Positions 34,708-38,437 of a DNA stretch of 38,437 bases are shown piece by piece. A program made the position numbers and the translations under genes. The stretch is from positions 1-38,437 of IMG/VR virus record IMGVR_UViG_3300032219_002516, one strand, 5' to 3'. The notes under the pieces are model-generated. The model did not search any database. It was not told the DNA's origin and saw only the letters and a program-made list of their open reading frames with translations. This DNA is from a virus (Duplodnaviria > Caudoviricetes). Position 1 is the first letter of the stretch. The number at the start of each line of letters is the position of its first letter.

Positions 34708-35670
34708 TCAGGGCTTCAGCGTCTTCCATGCGAGCGCAGCCACTGCTGGAACTTGTCCATTCCCGAGTGCGCGCAGTCGGTCCACCCGAGCGGCCACCCC
34801 ATGAGCCACTCGACCCACGTCGGGTTCAGTGAGCCACCAACTTGATTCGCTGGGCCACCCTGAATCACTGTCGTCAGACTTTCCTGTGATCCCTTCTTTC
34901 CGTTGTTCCTGTTTTGGTATCCCTGCCGACCTTCGCTCACCATTGGCGTCGGCCACATCCGGACTGCTACAACTTCCTCTAAGTTGCACTTGTGGCCCTT
35001 CTTCAAGCCGCTGCGGACTGACACAGGCCTTGTCATTTGGCATCTTGGCGTTGGCCACATCTGCCCTGCTATTGCTGACGCAAGGCAAGACGCTGCGCCG
35101 TTCCGATTCATTGATCGATGATATTCTCTGATCAAGACCTCTGTTGAGCATTCGCTGATCCTTGCAGCTTGAACCGTTGGCGTTGGCCACGATCCAAATA
35201 CGTTCCCGCTTGTGAGGGGCGCCGGCATGGACTGCTCCCAGCACGCCCCATCGCGCATCATACCCCATCGCGGCCAAGTCTCCGAGAACGACTCCAAGCC
35301 CCCGAGAAGTGAGAACTGGTGAGTTTTCCACGAGCACGAATCGTGGTCCCACTTCGCAAATGATGCGCGCCATTTCTTTCCAGAGTCCGCTGCGCTCTCC
35401 AGTGATGCCTTCGCCTTTTCCAGCAGCAGAGATGTCCTGACACGGGAAGCCTCCAGTAACGATATCCACCACTCCACGCCAGGGCTTTCCGTCGAAGGTG
35501 CAGACATCGTCCCAGATCGGGAAGGGCTCCAGGCATCCGTCGTCTTGCCGGGCGAGTAGCATCCGCTGGGCAGCAGGCTCTCGCTCGACTGCGCACACCG
35601 TCCGCCATCCGAGCAGCCTCCCTCCGAGTATTCCGCCACCAGCGCCTGCGAAAAGTGCCAGCTCATTCAT
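34708..35670 (-). CDS. DNA cytosine-C5 methyltransferase, catalytic (alpha) polypeptide
   Basis: Motif I LFAGAGG, motif IV GGFPCQDIS, motif VI VENS, motif VIII HKRERIW, motif X LGNGQVP. Confidence 0.92.
   Translation of the reverse strand: MNELALFAGAGGGILGGRLLGWRTVCAVEREPAAQRMLLARQDDGCLEPFPIWDDVCTFDGKPWRGVVDIVTGGFPCQDISAAGKGEGITGERSGLWKEMARIICEVGPRFVLVENSPVLTSRGLGVVLGDLAAMGYDARWGVLGAVHAGAPHKRERIWIVANANGSSCKDQRMLNRGLDQRISSINESERRSVLPCVSNSRADVANAKMPNDKACVSPQRLEEGPQVQLRGSCSSPDVADANGERRSAGIPKQEQRKEGITGKSDDSDSGWPSESSWWLTEPDVGRVAHGVAARVDRLRALGNGQVPAVAALAWKTLKP
34716..35666 (-). CDS. Overlapping alternative-frame methyltransferase (beta) polypeptide
   Basis: 316 codons nested in the alpha gene; three WPTP repeats and LNPTWVEWLMGWPLGWT (motif IX-like). 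Confidence 0.7.
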   Translation of the reverse strand: MSWHFSQALVAEYSEGGCSDGGRCAQSSESLLPSGCYSPGKTTDAWSPSRSGTMSAPSTESPGVEWWISLLEASRVRTSLLLEKAKASLESAADSGKKWRASFAKWDHDSCSWKTHQFSLLGGLESFSETWPRWGMMRDGACWEQSMPAPLTSGNVFGSWPTPTVQAARISECSTEVLIREYHRSMNRNGAASCLASAIAGQMWPTPRCQMTRPVSVRSGLKKGHKCNLEEVVAVRMWPTPMVSEGRQGYQNRNNGKKGSQESLTTVIQGGPANQVGGSLNPTWVEWLMGWPLGWTDCAHSGMDKFQQWLRSHGRR

Positions 35671-35723
35671 TGATCGACTGCCGCCATCGTTCCGGCGGTG
35701 CTGTCAATTGGCCGGAGCCACTG
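35670..35723. repeat. 54-bp perfect direct repeat, copy 2 (terL 3' end, TTGACA motif and start)
   Basis: Identical to 34653-34706. Confidence 0.95.
35702..35707 (-). promoter_or_regulatory. TTGACA late-gene motif (duplicated copy in front of the methyltransferase)
   Basis: 14 nt before ATG 35687 of the leader ORF MAAVDQ. Confidence 0.65.
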
Positions 35724-37632
35724 CCACCTCCGTCACCTCCGGCAGATCAGGCAGCACGGACAGGTCCGCCGAGATCTCCTGGTAGATCACGTAGTGCTGC
35801 TTCAGCGCATCACCCCAGTCATTCGCCCCATTCTTCCCCTTGTCGTGGATCCACTTCTGCACCGGGCGGCCATTCACCATTTGCAGCACGAGTCGCTCGG
35901 CTCGCAGCTCCGCACAGAATTCTGGCGTCACATTGCGCGGCAGCCACAGCCGGGGGTCGCTGCGCTTCGCGATCTTCCCCAGATAGAGGTCGCTCTTGAT
36001 CCGGTGATCAAGGAACTCTCGCACGTAGATCGGCCGCTGGTCGCAGTAGTCGAGGCGGTAGTTGATCGTCTTGCCCTGAAAGTTTGAATTCCATCCGGAT
36101 CCTCGCGAAGGGTGCAGCTCCCAGCCGAGGTCTTGCGCCTGGAGGCAGAGACGGTAGACGTCCATGGTCCAGTTGCCCGCATCGACGAGGCCGGAAAAGA
36201 TGTAGGCCGGCTCGTCGAATCCTTCGATATAATAGGGCCGAGTCCGCATCTCGAGGAGGTGCTCCTCGTCGCGGAGCCGGCCGATGTCGATCACGTGCGC
36301 TTGTCCGTCGCCGCGCCAGGCGATCACGCAATACTTGAGACAGTCCGCCTGTTTGTCCGCGGCGAAGGTCAGTAGCCGCGGCCGGAATGGCAGCGGCACA
36401 CGAAACTCGTGATCGACGTAGGCCAGCTCGAAAGGATCGCCGACCACGACCTTCCGGTCGCCTCGCTCCTCGACCACGCCAGCTCGCAGGGCCAGCACCG
36501 AGTCCTCGTCGAGGCTTTGCTCTTTCGGCTCCCAGGGGATGCCCTCGTGATTCGTCCTAAAGTATTTCTGCCGTGATTCGTTGGGCTCGATCACGTAGGC
36601 GGTCAGATACTCCTTCGCGAGGAAGCCCCACGAGACAGCCGGAAAAAGCGAGTAGAGATCCGAGATGTGAAACGACCGGACCCCCGGCTCTCGAGCGACG
36701 ATGTTCCCGCTCGGCGGCTTTCGTCGATCGGCCGCCGGTGTCGGCACCCACTCGCCCGCATTCACCATCGCCCGCTTCTCCCGTTCTTCGATCCGACCGC
36801 CGCAGAGCTGGCACTGGTAATAGGTCTCCGTCAGCACCCGCGAAAGATCCCATCCGGCCGCCAGGTCTTTGCAGTGCGAGAAGACGAGGAAGGAGGTCAT
36901 CAGCTCAATCCTCCGATCACAGCGCGGGCAGGGCACTAGCCACTTCTCCTGGGATCCGCGGATGTAGTTGCTGTCGATGATGCTGCCCGCCAGTTCGGGC
37001 TTGCTCATCGCCACGAGCTTCCCATCCGGCACCGTCGCCTGCCTCGAGCGGGCGCGGTCGTAGGTCGTCGTCTCCTGATCCTGCAGGTGGTTCTCCAGCT
37101 CGTCGAGGATGATCAGCCGATACCATGCCTCCATGAACGGCCCCGCCGATCCGGATCCGCTTACCACGATGTCCATGTTCCGCAGCGAGATCAGGTGGGT
37201 CGCGATGTCGTCACGACCGTCGGGCAGTTGCGCGCCGGCCGTCCTCGTCAAGGTCGGCAGGATCCGCTTCCGCGAGACCTCCTTCGCTTTCTCTTTCGAG
37301 TTGATTGCGAAGAGCGCATTCCCCGGCCAGTGCAGCGGCATCCATCGCAGCACATTCAGCCACGCCTCCGACGCACCCGATCGGCTGCTCTTCATAATGA
37401 TCACCTCGCGCGTCTCCGGCTGGAGCGGCATCAGGTGCCACTCCTTTGCCCAGGGAGTCACCTCGGGATCGTAGAAGCCCGGCGTCGCCGATTGCTTCTC
37501 GTCGAGCCACACATTCTCGGCCGCCCACTTCCACCCTGGCTCCGTCGGCGTCGGCTGGAAACAGTCCGCCGCCAGATCGACGAGGAAGTCCCGCTCCGGT
37601 GGAGCGCCCCTCAATTGTTCCCCGGGATCCAT
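35704..37632 (-). CDS. terL: Terminase large subunit, lambda GpA family
   Basis: WAAENVWL...TPW...IMKSSRSGASE, IILDELE, SKP, VPCPRC...YQCQLCG, SFHISDLYS, NDWGD. Confidence 0.92.
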   Translation of the reverse strand: MDPGEQLRGAPPERDFLVDLAADCFQPTPTEPGWKWAAENVWLDEKQSATPGFYDPEVTPWAKEWHLMPLQPETREVIIMKSSRSGASEAWLNVLRWMPLHWPGNALFAINSKEKAKEVSRKRILPTLTRTAGAQLPDGRDDIATHLISLRNMDIVVSGSGSAGPFMEAWYRLIILDELENHLQDQETTTYDRARSRQATVPDGKLVAMSKPELAGSIIDSNYIRGSQEKWLVPCPRCDRRIELMTSFLVFSHCKDLAAGWDLSRVLTETYYQCQLCGGRIEEREKRAMVNAGEWVPTPAADRRKPPSGNIVAREPGVRSFHISDLYSLFPAVSWGFLAKEYLTAYVIEPNESRQKYFRTNHEGIPWEPKEQSLDEDSVLALRAGVVEERGDRKVVVGDPFELAYVDHEFRVPLPFRPRLLTFAADKQADCLKYCVIAWRGDGQAHVIDIGRLRDEEHLLEMRTRPYYIEGFDEPAYIFSGLVDAGNWTMDVYRLCLQAQDLGWELHPSRGSGWNSNFQGKTINYRLDYCDQRPIYVREFLDHRIKSDLYLGKIAKRSDPRLWLPRNVTPEFCAELRAERLVLQMVNGRPVQKWIHDKGKNGANDWGDALKQHYVIYQEISADLSVLPDLPEVTEVAVAPAN

Positions 37633-38357
37633 GCTGAATCGAACCGCGTCCCGCGGAGGTGGGTGAACACTTCATCGCGCTTCTCAAGCGCGATCCGCCT
37701 TTGCTCGTCGCCAGGCAGGTGTGGCGCATGGTCTTGAAGCGTCTTCAGCGTCGCGTTGAAAAACGACTGAGCCGAAGCCGTGAAGATGCGCACCAGCTCC
37801 GAGTTGATCACCCGCGTGCGCAGCACCTCGCCCTTCCCCTCCTGGATCTTCAGGATGTCCTTCTCCCACTGCCGCTGGGTATTGATCAGGCTTTGCCACT
37901 CCCGCCGCAGCGATTGATAGACCTTCGTCTGTCGCTGCTGCAGCGCAGTCTCCATCTGGTGGTAGGTCGCTTGGACCAGCGCACGACATTGCCGCAGACC
38001 CTCGTCGGCCGTGAAGTCGCCGTCGAGGTTGAGAGTCATCACCGGCATCTCCGTCGCCGGCACATCTTGCTCCTCGTCTTTCTCGACGACCTGCACCTCG
38101 AAGCGGCGCAACTCCTCCGGAGCCACCGCATATCGGTGGTGGCGCTCATACCAGGTCGCGATCCCGACGAGGTCATCGAAGGGAGGAGCATCGCCCGAGG
38201 CCTTCCCCTTCTTCACCCAACGCTTCAAAGTCCGCACCCCGCTCTCCGGATCCTTACCCGGCCAGATCAGCTCCGCATAAAGTCGCAACGGTTTCGCATA
38301 CCGCGGCCCCTTCGCCTGCAGCACCTCCCCGAACAGCTCCGTCCCCTCGTCCAACAC
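37611..38357 (-). CDS. terS: Terminase small subunit (Nu1-like)
   Basis: N-terminal winged HTH (VRTLKRWVKKG...PPFDDLVGIATWY); coiled coil; directly upstream of terL. Confidence 0.75.
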   Translation of the reverse strand: MLDEGTELFGEVLQAKGPRYAKPLRLYAELIWPGKDPESGVRTLKRWVKKGKASGDAPPFDDLVGIATWYERHHRYAVAPEELRRFEVQVVEKDEEQDVPATEMPVMTLNLDGDFTADEGLRQCRALVQATYHQMETALQQRQTKVYQSLRREWQSLINTQRQWEKDILKIQEGKGEVLRTRVINSELVRIFTASAQSFFNATLKTLQDHAPHLPGDEQRRIALEKRDEVFTHLRGTRFDSAWIPGNN

Positions 38358-38370
38358 TCCAGAAGGCCCG

Positions 38371-38376
38371 TGTCAA
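38371..38376 (-). promoter_or_regulatory. TTGACA late-gene motif (terS)
   Basis: 13 nt before GTG 38357. Confidence 0.7.
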
Positions 38377-38426
38377 ATCCCGAGGGACATTTCGAAATCA
38401 AATACCCCTCTCAAAAACCCCCTGCG

Positions 38427-38437
38427 AGACGCTTACC
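38427..38437. repeat. Terminal repeat AGACGCTTACC (right copy), candidate cohesive end
   Basis: Identical to 1-11; about 70 bp upstream of the terS start codon. Confidence 0.8.

Larger units (their letters stand above)
1..38437. mobile_element. Complete or near-complete temperate siphophage genome (unintegrated form, intact attP)
   Basis: Packaging, head, tail, lysis, immunity, integration and replication modules are all present; no host genes; terminal 11-bp repeat; attP intact in the middle. Confidence 0.93.

Noticed and set aside
34708-35670. Restriction-modification system
   Set aside because: No endonuclease gene is adjacent; this is an orphan methyltransferase.

Overview
Essentially the complete genome (38.4 kb, high GC, roughly 65% by eye) of a temperate, lambda-like cos-type siphophage. 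The host is unknown; a PVC/Verrucomicrobia-like host is only a guess from the GYF_2-type gene and composition. The window starts and ends with the same 11-mer (AGACGCTTACC), just upstream of terS, which looks like a cohesive end. Almost all genes are on the minus strand: terS, terL, an inserted C5 methyltransferase, head, tail, lysis and accessory genes, then cro and early genes, a phage-encoded beta sliding clamp and xis, then attP, then a sigma4-like HTH, ParB-like protein, primase and helicase. Only the repressor and tyrosine integrase are on the plus strand. attP carries the 3' half of tRNA-Pro(GGG). The most unusual signals are: (1) every minus-strand TTGACA I found (8 copies) lies 13-15 nt upstream of a late-gene start codon, too close to be an ordinary -35 box; (2) a 464-codon antisense ORF crosses the integrase gene and attP and joins xis and the replication operon by ATGA overlaps at both ends, a candidate excision-dependent translational bridge; (3) two single-gene cassettes are bounded by perfect 54-bp and 45-bp direct repeats; (4) the methyltransferase is encoded in two overlapping frames, both abutting a 6-codon leader ORF; (5) a perfect 24-bp CRP-like palindrome. 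All protein calls come from motif recognition by eye, with no database searches.
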